DNA of 62,614 nucleotides, the filler included, from Rhabdomonas costata (Eukaryota), in NCBI GenBank assembly GCA_019059605.1. It is 32 parts of 32 records of this genome, joined end to end, with 100 filler letters (N's around TTAATTAATTAA, not from the genome) between each part and the next. Parts side by side here need not be neighbours in the genome. Positions count along the whole stretch, not along the records: positions 11,089 to 12,835 come from JAHMHO010009662.1; positions 12,936 to 14,682 come from JAHMHO010009663.1; positions 14,783 to 16,529 come from JAHMHO010009664.1; positions 16,630 to 18,375 come from JAHMHO010009665.1; positions 18,476 to 20,222 come from JAHMHO010009666.1; positions 20,323 to 22,069 come from JAHMHO010009667.1; positions 22,170 to 23,916 come from JAHMHO010009668.1; positions 24,017 to 25,756 come from JAHMHO010009669.1; 24 more parts are not named here. One strand, written 5' to 3'. The position numbers and the translations under genes were made by a program. The notes under the pieces were generated by a model that worked only from the letters and a program-made list of their open reading frames with translations, made no database searches and was not told where the DNA came from. Below, piece by piece: positions 11,477 to 24,159 of this stretch; within the stretch, counting starts at the first letter, position 1, and every line of letters begins with the position of its first letter.

Positions 11477-12466
11477 GTGGAGTCCCTAGGGCAGTTCGGG
11501 GTGTTCTTCCTGCTGTTCGTGCTGGGGCTGGAGTTCAGCGTGTCGCGGCTGCGGGCGGTGTGGCACCTCGCGGCGTGCGGGGGCACCGCTCTGATGGGGC
11601 TGACCATTGTGCTGACCTTTGGCCTGGGCATGGCTAACGCCGCGCCGCTCAGCGCCTCCACTCTGGTGGGGTTCTGCATCGCGTTGTCCTCCACTGCGGT
11701 GGTGTTGAAGTGCCTCGACCCCCAGGTCTGTTCGAGCTGTGGTCTTGGGAACAGAGGAGACTTAGATGGAAGGAAAAAGGACTCATTAAGAGAATCATCA
11801 ATAATTGAAGTGCATATGACCTCAGGTCCGTTCGGGCTGGCCTTGGGACACTGAGACAGAAGGAAACCGGGGTTCATCAAAGTGTTCAGAGGCATCATCC
11901 TCACTTCATTCAGCGCACTAAATCTCTCGTCTTCCTCCCCCGCTGCAGGAGGCCAACACCAAGTACGCCTCAGCCCTCGTGGGGATCCTCATTGTGCAGG
12001 ACGTCGCCCTAGGTTCCTCCCCCCTCCCTCTCTTCCCATGTTGGTATTTCTGCCACAGGTTTATCGTCACCATTATACGCACTGTGTGCCTTAGCGGAGT
12101 TTCACACAAGAAGATGACCTCCGTGGTTTGATGTTTAATGGTGTTTAACGTTTTAACACTCACCCCCCCCCCTAAAAACGCAGTAAGCATGAATTTCCAT
12201 CTCACTCGTGTTCGGATTTATGGCGATTTTTTTACGAATTTTTATTGAGGCGAAAGCCGTGCTTTGGGTGATTGCAACGGGAGGGAATACAAATTTTTAG
12301 GAACTCAAAAATTCCGAATTTTTGGGGATCCCTTATGTAGACTGTGTTTTTGTGCATATGCTCTGTACAGGTGTGATGATCGCGATCCTTCCTGTACTGG
12401 GGGTCAGTGGAATGGCTGTGGTCACCACCCTGGGCCGAATCCTCTTAAACTTCGCCCTCATCGTCG
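11477..12466 (+). CDS. CPA2-family K+/H+ antiporter (KEA4-6/TMCO3-like), internal exons
   Basis: Exons 11477-11725, 11949-12012 and 12371-12466 are all GT-AG and in phase. Motifs: QFGVFFLLFVLGLEFS, IALSSTAVVLKCL and GILIVQDVALG. Confidence 0.9.
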
Positions 12467-12690
12467 GTGTGCTCAGTTCTACTTTGCACCGCCCCCCCCC
12501 CCCGCCGAGTAACCTCGAGACTGCAAACCTCTTCCTTGTCTTTCATTATACTATAACCGTATAATGGTATTATACGCTATAATATCATTATTATAGTATA
12601 ATACCAGTATAATACCACATGATACACGAAGAACAAAAGTGTACGTAAGTCATTTCTCCAGTCAGTACCTGGAAAAGCCGCAGAAAACAT

Positions 12691-12835
12691 GTGCATCGCC
12701 TCCTAACCCTATGCAAAAGCTTCTATTGGAATCCCGGGGGGCACGTGCATCGCCTCCTAACCCTATGCAAAAGCTTCTATTGGAATCCCAGGGGACACGT
12801 GCATCGCCTCCTAACCCTATGCAAAAGCTTCTATT
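12691..12835 (+). repeat. 54-bp minisatellite, about 2.7 copies, running into the contig end
   Basis: The unit gtgcatcgcctcctaaccctatgcaaaagcttctattggaatccc... starts at 12691, 12745 and 12799. Confidence 0.9.
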
Positions 12836-13032
12836 NNNNNNNNNNNNNNNNNNNNNNNNNNNNNNNNNNNNNNNNNNNNTTAATTAATTAANNNNNNNNN
12901 NNNNNNNNNNNNNNNNNNNNNNNNNNNNNNNNNNNGTTTGGGGCCCGCCCTCCCTTCCGTCGCCTTCTCAATTCCCATCCCGTCCGTCCCTTTCACTCAA
13001 CAGCCTTCCCCCTTCCCCCTCCCTAAGAACCA

Positions 13033-14113
13033 ATGGCAGGCTTTGAGCTGTGGAAGCTCGCCTCGCACACACGGGCCCCGCTGTACCTCACCTTCAACTT
13101 CATCAGCGTGGAGCTTCTGGTTCTGGTGAACAAGTGGATCTTCACCCGGGTCAACTTCCCGTTCGCCATGGCGCTATCCGTGCTGCACTACCTGTGCACC
13201 TACGCTGTGCTGGCAGGGCTGTACCGGGCCTCGCGGTGCGGCGGCACGGCGTGCGGGCGGTGGTGTGGGGACTTGTTTCCCGCGGAGTGCCCCTCGAAGA
13301 GCAGGGCGTACTGGGGTCTTGTGGTGTGCGTGGGGCTGGCCACACCCCTGAACAACCTCTCGCTGAGGCTGAACTCCATTGGGGTCTATCAGGTCGCCGG
13401 GGGGATGTTTGGAGATAGTGCTGCGATGTTTGTGTGTGTATGTGTGTTTGTGTGTGTGTTTAGTGGAGGAGCGGTGCATCTCTCGGGTTACCCGTGCATC
13501 GCCATCTCACAGCCTGCGATACCGAGACCATTTCAAAAGGCAAGAACATTGACGCTGCAACCCTGACTTCTGCATCTTCTTATGGGTGACACCTGTATCC
13601 GCCCCTATCCCTCGGGAGGCTTGTTTTTACCAGGACGATTCAGGGGACACCTTCACCTTTATTGCTTTTACCATATGCAAGATCTTGACCCTTTTTGACC
13701 CCTACGAGACAAAGAGACTCATATACGCGCATCCCAGGCCTCAATAATCACCACCACTGATCATACACCCCCCCCCCCCGGTCTTTCATTGGCCAAGAAC
13801 AAAGGGCAGCAGCAGATAAGGAAGGAAAGCCAGACCAGCACGTGTCAGTGTGTGCCCTGTTGCGTCCCCAGTTTTCCAACCGCTCGCATTAATCTTTGGG
13901 TGGGTGGGCACCTAGGTGCAAAAGCTCTTGGTGGTGCCCGGGGTGGTAGCCCTGGAGTATGCGATGTACGGCAAGCGGATCTCCGCGCTGAAGAGCTGGT
14001 GCCTCACCGCAATGATGGTGGGGATCGCCCTGGCCACCGTCACGGACGTTAGCTTCGCGCTGTACGGCACAGTGGTCGCGCTTAGCTGGACTGTCGTCGC
14101 TGTGGGGTACAAG
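13033..14113 (+). CDS. Nucleotide-sugar / triose-phosphate transporter family (SLC35E3/UXT-like), 5' part
   Basis: Exons 13033-13392 and 13916-14113 are GT-AG, phase 0. Motifs: LVNKWIF, FPFAMALSVLHYLCT, NNLSLRLNSIGVYQ|VQKLLVVP and GIALATVTDV. Confidence 0.9.
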
Positions 14114-15486
14114 GTCGCTCTCTGCTGCTATCTTTTCGCACTCGGCTCCACCTTAGAGATGATTTTTTAAAAGAAACTTCAAGGGGTATGCCCGCACAAA
14201 CCATGAGGGTTGGACAGGCAAAGAAACACAGGCCACACAGTGACACAAAACTAATTGCTAAACGAGAGCAGAAAGGCTCAAAAACCAAGCCAACCATGCC
14301 AAGCTCGCCTATTTTGACATCTTATCTTTTTTCTTGCACCTTGCAGGTATATTTAGCCTTGTAGCCATGTCCGTTGGTGTGCTTGGGTCATCCAGTGGGA
14401 AAACCGTGTGAACGCGTGGAGGCGGTTCTGCACCCACGCCCCCATTGTAGTGTGTGGGGGGGGCAGCCATCAGCCATCATTCCGAAACTAACCTAAACTT
14501 ATTATCGCTGGATTCTCAACATAGGGTGGGGAGGAGCGTGAGTACCAGGTCTGTGGGGCTTGGAGGAGATGATATTGGACGGCCCTCCTGTAATTAAATG
14601 CTTTTTGCGCTTCCACTCTTGTTTATATACAAACAGGAACACCGTTCGGCACTTGGTAGGCCCTCGTGCAAAACAACCAACANNNNNNNNNNNNNNNNNN
14701 NNNNNNNNNNNNNNNNNNNNNNNNNNTTAATTAATTAANNNNNNNNNNNNNNNNNNNNNNNNNNNNNNNNNNNNNNNNNNNNTGGGGAGGCTAGAGCCAA
14801 AGGGAATACAGCACAAACAACAGCAGCAACAAATTAATAACATCCAGACAAATTTAATGGCCCATTGCAGGAAATTCAGTATGCGCGACGTAGCTATTGA
14901 TGGGCCACATGGTTCGCATGGGGTGGCCGAACAAATCTTTCAAAGCGCGGAAGGTCCAACTTGTCTGCGGCATCTCTCATCAGAAATAAATATATACTAT
15001 GCATACTACTACTCGACGGAGATGATGTGAGAGGGAGGTGATAAGTTCACGCCCCCAATGACCTAGCACGGGACTGTGCTCGAATCTGTTCAGATCTCCT
15101 GTGGAACTCGTGACAGTATTTCCGCTGTGATCGTCTGCCGGGGAGTGCAGCCGAGATGAGTTGGATCTACCGTAGACCAGGGCTCGACCAAGGGACCAGC
15201 CGTGTGCCAGCCATGTGAATTTGTTCTCCCCTGACTCGGCGGGTTTCCCCCGCTGCGTCGTTTACAGATATCGACATGATAGCAGCCCACCCGTCTGGGC
15301 GCAACCCTGCACCCCGATCCCCGAGACCACCCCAATACTGCGGCCAGCAGAACCACAATGAGTCATCACCTCACTTGCCCTTTGACCACCTTCGCCCAAA
15401 CATACCTCAAACTTCTCCCCTCCGCTCCGCTCCGTGCCCAATCATCTGGGTAAACTTGTCCCATTTGCGCACCTGGACTCACTCAG

Positions 15487-15765
15487 AACCTGGGCATCCC
15501 TTACACGGAGCTCACCGAATACTACACCAAACTACTGACCCGCAACCCGACCTACACCCGCACGGAGCTCCGCGCCGCCGCTGCAGAGCCCCTCACAGTG
15601 GCCCAGCTGCAGAGCTTTGTGCGGGACGTGGTGTACCCCTCGTCGCGAGTGGAGTGCATGTCATTCGGTAACCTTAGCCCCGAGGAGGCGCTGGTGTTGG
15701 CGCAGGCCGTGGCGCATGGCCTGGGGTACAGCGCGGCGAAGGCGCCCGCTGAGCCCGCGGAGCTG
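15487..15765 (+). CDS. Peptidase M16A (insulysin/nardilysin-like) internal exon
   Basis: The exon actcAG|AAC...CTG|GT encodes PY...LTVAQLQSFV...RVECMSFGNLSPEEAL, typical of the C-terminal half of M16A peptidases. Confidence 0.65.
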
Positions 15766-17950
15766 GTCCGTCACCTTTCTTTCTTCTTTCTACCGACCGT
15801 TATCAAGACCCGCAATCAAGGTTCGATGTTTATTGTCTGGTAGAAACCAGACCATTGATTGAGGAGTTCTTTTTCTGAATGGTCCCTTTTCCTCTTTTAC
15901 GCTCTCTTTCCCGTTTTTATGGACCGGTGTTACCCTATTTTTTTTTTCTGATAATTGATACACTCTTCAGCCGAAGGACAGCTCTGCATTGATCGTGTTG
16001 CAATGGAGCGGCTGCCTTTTGAAATCTGGCTCGCGGAATACAGTGTTTGTCAAGAGGAGCTTTTTAGTGCTAAAGCTTGTCGTGTCGCACAGCCTGTTTA
16101 CCCTGTCCCACACACGGGGAGGGGGGGGGGTGAAGGGTGATGTTCTTTCAGTTCTTGCTCGCTGGCTCTTTGGTGTGATACAACATCCTGTAGGGTGGGT
16201 CCTTTTTTATGTCTGTTTTCGCGCAGCTAAAGTTCTTGGTATCAGTTGATCTTTCTCTTTTGTAGCGTGCTGTTGCGCTCTCTCTGAACGGCACGGCATT
16301 CACCATCCCGACGCCCAATCCAGGTGTGACAGCGATTCTGTGCGGCCCCCTTTATTTGATGTTTGGCGGGCATTTGTGTAATTTTGTTTCTTTATCCATT
16401 TTTGCCCTCTTTTCTGTGTCTGACCTCCCCCGCTTCCGTTTCCCTCGCTACTTCTGCGAGCTAGACTCTCCGTACCACACCCCTTGCCCTCTTTTTGGTG
16501 CATCAGCGAGCCCTGTGTGCCTGGTGTATNNNNNNNNNNNNNNNNNNNNNNNNNNNNNNNNNNNNNNNNNNNNTTAATTAATTAANNNNNNNNNNNNNNN
16601 NNNNNNNNNNNNNNNNNNNNNNNNNNNNNGGTGTTGTTTGACCTTTGTAGATTTCACCAGAGCCTTCTCGTCCGGCAGTCGGCAATTCCGCTCATCATTA
16701 CAAATTCTCATTGTGGTGCGTGCCCTTTTTCTCCGCAGAACTTCATGCAGTCGCCCATCCTTTTCTGAGCTGAGCGGAAATGGGCCGAGCACCTGCATTA
16801 CCTGGCCCTTACGCGCTTTTCTTTTTTTCTGTGGAGCAAAGAGTTATGAGGGGCTGTGGAACTTTTGGAATGCGCGGGATGCCGAGTTTGGAGGAAGGCT
16901 CGTGCTGCTGTGTGACGTGTCAGTTTTTCTGTGATGAGTGGTCCTTTGCGCTTCCCATTTTTTCCTCGTGCCCTCAATCTTGCTGTGCTGGTCTTTGCTG
17001 GGCTGAGTGATCTCGCCGGTGGGCGTGGGTGGGTCTAAAAACCTTGGTTGCTCGAAGAATTGTGGAAAACTTTAAGCTTACGCGCGAATTCGCCCGATCC
17101 CAAAAAAACCATTTCGATGCCAAACTGCTACCGAGCTACCCTGTTTTTGTTGGATCTCTTCCCAAATCTTCAGACAGCCTGCGAACACTTGCCAGACTTC
17201 GGAGGGTCTCATCCGGAAAAGGGGTGTGGGTGTGGGGTGAGGCGAAACAACTCAATTCGGCCGAAACACCACCCTTTTCGCTCGGTGAAACACCGATGAT
17301 CACTACAGACCAGAGGAATACCTCAAAACTCGAGCCAGAGTGACAGGTTGGGGCTCACAACAGTAGTACTCCTGAGATGGGTGGGCTGGCCGCGCTGCTG
17401 ATCCTCGGGCCCAATTTTTGGGTTCACCCTCTGTTCCTTGGGAAGCACTTAATATTGTCGCTGAAGAAGTGAGTGCGAGCTGGGGTGCACAAAACTCGTG
17501 GGGGGTGCACAGGTGGATGAGTTTCGCAATGGCCACCCCGTGCCTGGTCAAGGTTCGCTCCCGATGGGTTTCTGCCTACGTAGGGCTTCTGTTAGATGGT
17601 GGAAGAGAAAGGTGGTGGTGGTAAGGTGGGAAACATTTTTATAAGCACGGTTGAGTAGCGAACGCTGTTCATGAACCCCTGCAAGCAAAAGTGAATAACG
17701 AGGGGGCCCTCTTCGGGCACCGACCGTTCTGACGTGCAACATCACTAGTTAATATAGTATGCAGCTGAAGCACAACCCAAGACCAAGCCTGACCTACTAT
17801 AGGTCTTGAAGGAGTACCTTTTGGGCAAATCTTCCCCCTTGTTTGAAGTCTAGTCTGGGGACTGGCAAAATATAGGATACAGGAATTCACGCAGGTTAGC
17901 ATTAACCGAGGCTGGATCTGGCGACACACACAGCATACAGACATACCGAC

Positions 17951-18180
17951 CCAGAGAACCAAGCCACCGCAGGGCCAGGCCCCAGCCGCAGCCCATCCGC
18001 CGAGGCAGTCAGCGAGATCTTCAGCCCGGAGAACTGCGAGCCCTCCAGCTGAGTAGGGGCGCAGCACATTACGGTGACCCCCTTGCCCTGTGCCACGGAC
18101 ACGGCCTTCGCACGCAGCACGAGCTGCTCCATTCGGTAGGCCTCCGCGAGCTCCTCCACGGCATCCGTGAGAGCATCCCT
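17951..18180 (-). CDS. Hypothetical protein exon
   Basis: GC3-rich open frame bounded by ttgcAG and GT (RDALTDAVEELAEAYRMEQLVLR...). No family recognised. Confidence 0.4.
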
Positions 18181-18475
18181 CTGCAAGATCCACGGGTTTG
18201 GAGTGAGGAGGGGTGGGGAGGCAGTGCCGATGCCAAGACCCCAATCATCCACTGTGCGAAAATGTGTGCCCGCTGTTCCGTTCCGATGAAACTGCGCGAG
18301 TACGCAACCAAGTTACCAAGAAAAAAAAACGAAAATAGGGCCAAGTCCGCATCCTTCTTTATTCTTCAAACAAAANNNNNNNNNNNNNNNNNNNNNNNNN
18401 NNNNNNNNNNNNNNNNNNNTTAATTAATTAANNNNNNNNNNNNNNNNNNNNNNNNNNNNNNNNNNNNNNNNNNNN

Positions 18476-20222
18476 ACAGTGGGGTGACCGGGCCCACCAT
18501 GGCCGCGGTAGGTGTGAAGTGGAGGGAAACCTCAGTCCCACCGGGGGCCACCCCGAGATGCGGGAAGTGCAACCCGGCCAGCGTGCACTCCACGAACCCC
18601 GTGACGCCAGCTAAGGTGAGGGCGGGATTCAGAGCACAAGCCCCGCCCAGGGTGGACCCAGCAGACCAGCTCACGGAGAGGTTCGAGTTGACTGCAGAGG
18701 CCTGAACCCTGAGCAGCTCACCCCCGGTGGAGGAACCCGTGGTGCTGACTACGAAGGTCACGGTGACGTTGCCACCGAGGAGAAAGAAGGTGGTGTTTGG
18801 AAAAGCTGGGTCCGCGGCTGCGCCGTTCACCCCAGCGCCGAGCTGCACGGTGGGCGAGGAAGGGGGGCTGAATAGCCCCATCACCACGGCCAAAGGGCTC
18901 ACCGAGAAGGGCTGGAAGTATTCCGAGCTGAAGTTCAGCTGCAGGGCAAGGGGGCCCACTGAAGTGGTGGGGGGAAGGAAGATCAGAGTCGCTTGGTTGT
19001 TTCCAGAGAGGCCGTGGATCCATTGGATCCCTGCAGCAGAGAAGTTGCACAGCACGACAGAGCTGTCCAGGGGATCGGGCCCACAGGGAACAGACGTGGA
19101 GGAAGCCAAGACGGTCGCGGAAGAGTCTGAAGCTATCACACCCGAAGGGAACCGGACCAAATTGGAGCCGAGGGTGTCTCCACTGACGTCGAATTGTAGC
19201 GCGATGGTGATAATTTCATTGGGGAAGTGGACAGGGTTGGAGACACCCCCAACCTTGATGAACCCGAAGGTTCCAAGAGAGGTAAAGGTCAGAGTGCTCA
19301 CTACAACTTGCAGGACATTGGGCGCTGTGAAGGTTACGTTTGTACTCCACGGCCCCACAGCGGTGGTTGGGGGCGAAACTGAGATATAGAACCACTGCGG
19401 CGCCGACTGGTTCGCCGTCACAGTCGTTACGCACTGCCAGGCGGATCCGGAAAGAAGGCAGCCGCGTGGGTCTGCAATTATCCCGGTGCCATCAAGGGTA
19501 AGCCCCCAAACGGGTGCGAAGGAAGAAATGTCACTGGCAAGAATTGAGAAAGCCGGAAAGCTCATCGCCTCAGAGCTGCAGCTGGTGGCCACTTCAAAGC
19601 CCAGAACGACTGTCGTCCCATGGATCCCGAACGATGGGCCAATGGACCGGTCAGATATGAGGAGTAAGCCCATAGTAGTTATGTTAATGGGAGCCACGGC
19701 GCTCACAAAGGAATCGGCCTGAAGCGTGATGACTGGGGACCAGGGCCCGCATTTTTCGGGATCTGGTGTGGCAAACAGGTACACAGTGACCGCAGAGCTG
19801 GTAAACGCCGGGGAGGAGAAAACACAAACAAAGTTATCCGAAAGGACCAAACATCTCACTGCGCTGACAACGCTCGGAGTGGGCGACCACAAAAAGTCGC
19901 CAATCCAGCCCGAGACGGGGACAAGCAGGGCATCTCCACCCGTTGAGGACGCCGAGGCAGTCACGGTAAGTGTCACCATCAACATCTCCCCAAACTGCAC
20001 AACCGCGGGGGAAGGAGTGACCTGCACGGTCGTGAAAACCGCGAGGACAGTCACATCAGGCATCACGGCAAGTGGGGAAAAGCCAGTGGCCGCAAAACTA
20101 AACAGTGGCAGGTCTGGGTTGTTCCACAGAGTCCCAACTGTGGTGTTCAGAGGCATCCAGCTCAGATACACACGGATCGTGATTCGGTCCACGCCATCTT
20201 GGTGGCCCAGATCCCACACAAA
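18476..20222 (-). CDS. Large intronless segment (about 580 aa) of a secreted/surface protein with tandem ~120-135 aa beta-rich repeats
   Basis: The frame is open across the whole contig and is Ser/Thr/Val/Pro-rich. Each unit has a Cys pair and ends P-x4-(V/C)GP...(M/L)G. Several NxS/T sequons are present. Confidence 0.8.
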
Positions 20223-20707
20223 NNNNNNNNNNNNNNNNNNNNNNNNNNNNNNNNNNNNNNNNNNNNTTAATTAATTAANNNNNNNNNNNNNNNNNNNNNN
20301 NNNNNNNNNNNNNNNNNNNNNNTGTGGTGGGTGTGGTTGGTGGGTGGGGGGGTGGTGACACAAAGGCAAGTTGCTGAACACAATACATCAACATCCGTGG
20401 GTAGAGACTCCAACTCTAACGGACGCTCAGAAGACATGACAGTCGCATCTCGAATGTCCGGCGACCAAAGTCTGGCACAAACCACAGCAGCACAATCTGT
20501 AGGGGGTGCACTGTAGACCTGGGTGTGGGGGTACACCACTGTAGGCTTTCGTTCGAAAAAGTTTACAGTGACTTTACATATACTGGGGCGGACACCGAGA
20601 AGCGAAAGCACACCAATTTCTGCGGAACTGAATGTTTGAGGGTCGAACAGATTGAGACCGTTTTACCTCTTGAGAGAGCTTTGCGTTAGATTCGGTGAAG
20701 GGGAGGT

Positions 20708-21410
20708 GTGGCCCTCTCTCAGGGCGAAGACCTCGAGGACATCCTGGAGGAAATGGCCTATGAAAATCTTCAGCAGCAGCTCACCTTCCACGCCCACAAG
20801 CTGTCTCTTTCGCAGCCCCTTGCCGTGGCCGTCTCCAGACTTGCCCCGACAGTTCGAAGCCCTTCCGCAGACCCGCTGGGCAGCAGTAGTGTGTCTGTGC
20901 TGGCCAGCAAGGTCATGGTGGGAATGAACCCGATTACTGTGTGGTTCGATGACCTCCCGAAACGACTGGTGTGGGCTTGTTAATCTCTCTCCGCTACACA
21001 CGCCACGGCCTTTTACAAATTGCAAATGGAGTGTCAAGGAGAGGAAGGAGTGGACGCGCAAACACTCTCCAGTCGATGGCGAATTGACTTACTGCCGTTG
21101 CTGGAAATGGCTCACGCCTAACAAAGGGTGCAGTATCGCGCACGTCACCGTTTTGGATTTTACGGTGTGGCTTCTCCTTTCAGTAGGCAATGAGCGTGCA
21201 CTTCCGCAGCTTGCTGTAGGTTTCTGCGACAGCTCTACGGACCTTTCCAAGCAACCAGAAATCGCAGACAAGGGAACGTTTATCTTTACACAGCGTGACT
21301 CACGGAATAGACTAGCCTTCCCAGATGAGACTCTGAAGCAAGAAAACAAGAAGAGCGGAAGAAGTTGTAAGCCCTATAACAACTTGAAAACTGACAACTC
21401 AATATACTGA
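20708..21410 (+). CDS. Hypothetical protein exons (family unresolved)
   Basis: Coding-like segments ctcAG|GGC GAA GAC...AAG|GT and ...NERALPQLAVGFCDSSTDLSKQP.... The exon chain could not be fixed. Confidence 0.35.
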
Positions 21411-22384
21411 CAGACAAAACTATCTCAGTCTTCGGTAATGCTCTTTAAAATCAGTGCTTTACAACGTTTACCGCACTGTTTGCTTATAAAAAGGTGATTA
21501 TATATTGATTGCTCTTAAAACAGGAAGACACTGACACCAGCAGAAAAAGACTAAGAATTAAAAAGAAAGATGGTGTTTTGTACGGATGTTAAGCATAATA
21601 AGAGTAATACTCAAGTCGGGGAAAATAAAGATCAGATACAGCGGATCTGGGGTAATAGCAAGTGGGTTCAGAACATGATGGCAGCATGGATTGTGAGCAA
21701 CGCAATGCAAGAACTTGAGCGTCACCAGCAGAGCGGTTAGGTGTTGTCATGCTTTTAGCTTCAGTAACATGAAAGTGTTTAAAATACCAATGTCATGCAT
21801 ACACACCACCCTAGCAGCATGTAATGGCATTCCCAGGACTTCAATTAGAAACTCGTAAATTCTAAGTTTTTAGTTTCGGGATGTCCATTACATTACATAA
21901 AAGCCCTCGGCTGACGTGACCCGTGTGTCGTGTGCCTCAACTTGAAGGGCGGGATGGTCCCCTTGCCGAGCCCCAGCGAGCTCACCCCTGGCAGCCCAAA
22001 CACCGAAGGGGAGGGGGAGGAGGGGGAGCTGTTCTCCCGCACCGCCGCCCCCACCTCTACCCAACCCCCNNNNNNNNNNNNNNNNNNNNNNNNNNNNNNN
22101 NNNNNNNNNNNNNTTAATTAATTAANNNNNNNNNNNNNNNNNNNNNNNNNNNNNNNNNNNNNNNNNNNNTTTGTTTGGTCAAAAGAGGGTGGCCCCGCCT
22201 GCATCCCAGTTCATTACAGCAAACACCACACTGCAGAGGAAAGGCATGATATATCGCAAAGTTCAGAGCCAAGGAAAAGAGATAATCATGCGAGTTCCTT
22301 ATAGTTCCTTATTCGCAGGTCGAAAGAGAGATTCAGCACATCGCTTGCCGCCCCCAAACCTCCCCAAACCCCAAACTCCCAGAC

Positions 22385-23654
22385 CTGCACTTCGGCCGGG
22401 GGGGTCTTGAAGGACTTCAGCTCGGTGAGATTGGCCTTGTTTAAGGTTTCCAGAGCCTTCTTGGCCTGCTGGATCAGGGGCTCGGCGGACGCCAAGTCCC
22501 GCTCACACTCCACGGCTTTCTCAAAAACAAGCTTCTGCGCAAGAACACAAAAAAGTATACTTCACCCGCCCTCCAAACGATGGGATGCCAACTTGTCTGC
22601 TGTGGGGGAGAACTTGAACTTACCCCGCATCACCAGATCCGCCAGAATCTGGGGAGTAAACGAGGCAAGGCAAAACGAACAATTTGGAACCCGTATCTAC
22701 GTACCAACCTTGGTAAAGCTGAAACACCATTGATTTTCATCAACAGTAACAAAGATCCGCACAGTTGGACGCACGACACAATGCCGTAATAATACCCACC
22801 ACACAATCACAATTTACGGTCGGGCAAACATCAGGTGCCGCTGGGGCAGCTCCAAGAGCAGAATACAGGACCCCGGGGGGGGGGCGTCTATGGTTCTATA
22901 ACCACCGCACGTACCATAATGCTCATGCATCGGTGGATTGGCACATAAGAGTGTAGAGAGTGGCGATGATGGAAAGATGAGTGGGAGGAAGGGTGCAGGC
23001 CTGCATCTGTACGGCGCTGGCTTCCTCAGCCTGGGCTTTGCCGTTCTCCACTCCGACCACAGCTCTCTCCTGCTCGAGAGCTCGCAGAAGGACCTCTGAG
23101 GAGGCTTGCTTCTCGTGCGCCACGGCCTGTTTCGCTGTCAGCTCCCCTCGAAGCACCTCCACGTCCCCCGCGGCGCGGTTCAGCCGGGCAATCCCAGTCT
23201 CCAGCCACCGCACCCGTTTGCTTACCTATCGCGCGGAAAGGAAGGGAAGGGAAGGGAACATTCTCAAGTTACCAACATAAACAAACAACCTTTTGAATGC
23301 ATTTGAACGCGTGCCTTGCAGATGCGTGTGCATGCTTCTTTACACACTTTGCGAAGACGTGGGAGGAGAGCAGAAGCGTCACGGTTTCCGACCAAATAAT
23401 AATTGTGTGGCATTGGGCTTGTTGCGAGCGCCACAAAGCCAAAGAAATCGGCAGCGGTAGCAATCCGCAATTCTGCTCTTCTATTCTGTTCGAGGTGTGA
23501 GCTTCGGTATGACTTGGGGAGGAGGGGAGCTCACCTCGTGCTTCTTGGTGTCCAATAAGGAAATATAAACGCTGATCATCTCCAAGTAGCTTTTGGGAGT
23601 AAGGTAGGCCATCCAGCCCTCCTGCTCGTAATGCAGCGCGGCAACCTCCTTGAC
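22385..23654 (-). CDS. Axonemal dynein heavy chain, AAA4-to-stalk region (3 exons)
   Basis: Exons 23654-23535, 23225-23001 and 22534-22385. Motifs: YLTPKSYLEMI, WLETGIARL and CERDLASAEPLIQQAKKALETLNKANLTELKSF. Confidence 0.93.
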
Positions 23655-24078
23655 CTGGGCGCCATGCGTATGCAAAAATATGCAGAGAAAAGGAGATCAC
23701 GAAAACAAAGCAAGAAGAAAAATACGCGCAAACGTGAACACATAAATGAAAGATCAACGACACGAACTGAACATTAACTTCAAATCGGATCGTTTCTTGA
23801 AGACCAAAACACCAAAGAAGAAAAAAGAAGATTGGTGCAAACCGACGGAGAGATGGAAAGGCAACAGACAAATGGGTGTTGGGTGATGGTGAGCTGATAA
23901 AAGGAAGCCAAAGGGANNNNNNNNNNNNNNNNNNNNNNNNNNNNNNNNNNNNNNNNNNNNTTAATTAATTAANNNNNNNNNNNNNNNNNNNNNNNNNNNN
24001 NNNNNNNNNNNNNNNNGGGTGTTGGGACATTGTTGGTATACGGTTGTGTATGTCTGCGCGCGTCTAGACTAGGACACC

Positions 24079-24141
24079 TTTTCTTTTCTTCCCGTTTTCT
24101 TTTTCGTTTTTCCCTTCTTGCGTCTTTTTCCTTCGCGCACA
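24079..24141 (+). promoter_or_regulatory. Long polypyrimidine tract + AG just upstream of an ATG (candidate SL trans-splice acceptor)
   Basis: About 55 nt almost entirely C/T ending cgcgcacAG, with an ATG at 24160 after an A/C-rich leader. Confidence 0.5.
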
Positions 24142-24159
24142 GACATACACAACCAACAA

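Noticed and set aside
16931-17007. Box C/D snoRNA (GTGATGA…CTGA about 76 nt apart)
   Set aside because: No C'/D' boxes, terminal stem or recognisable rRNA guide were found. Such motifs arise by chance.
20353-20402. Cytochrome b5-like start VTQRQVAEHNTSTS
   Set aside because: The following W, VYD and HPGG motifs are absent in every frame or splice option I could see.
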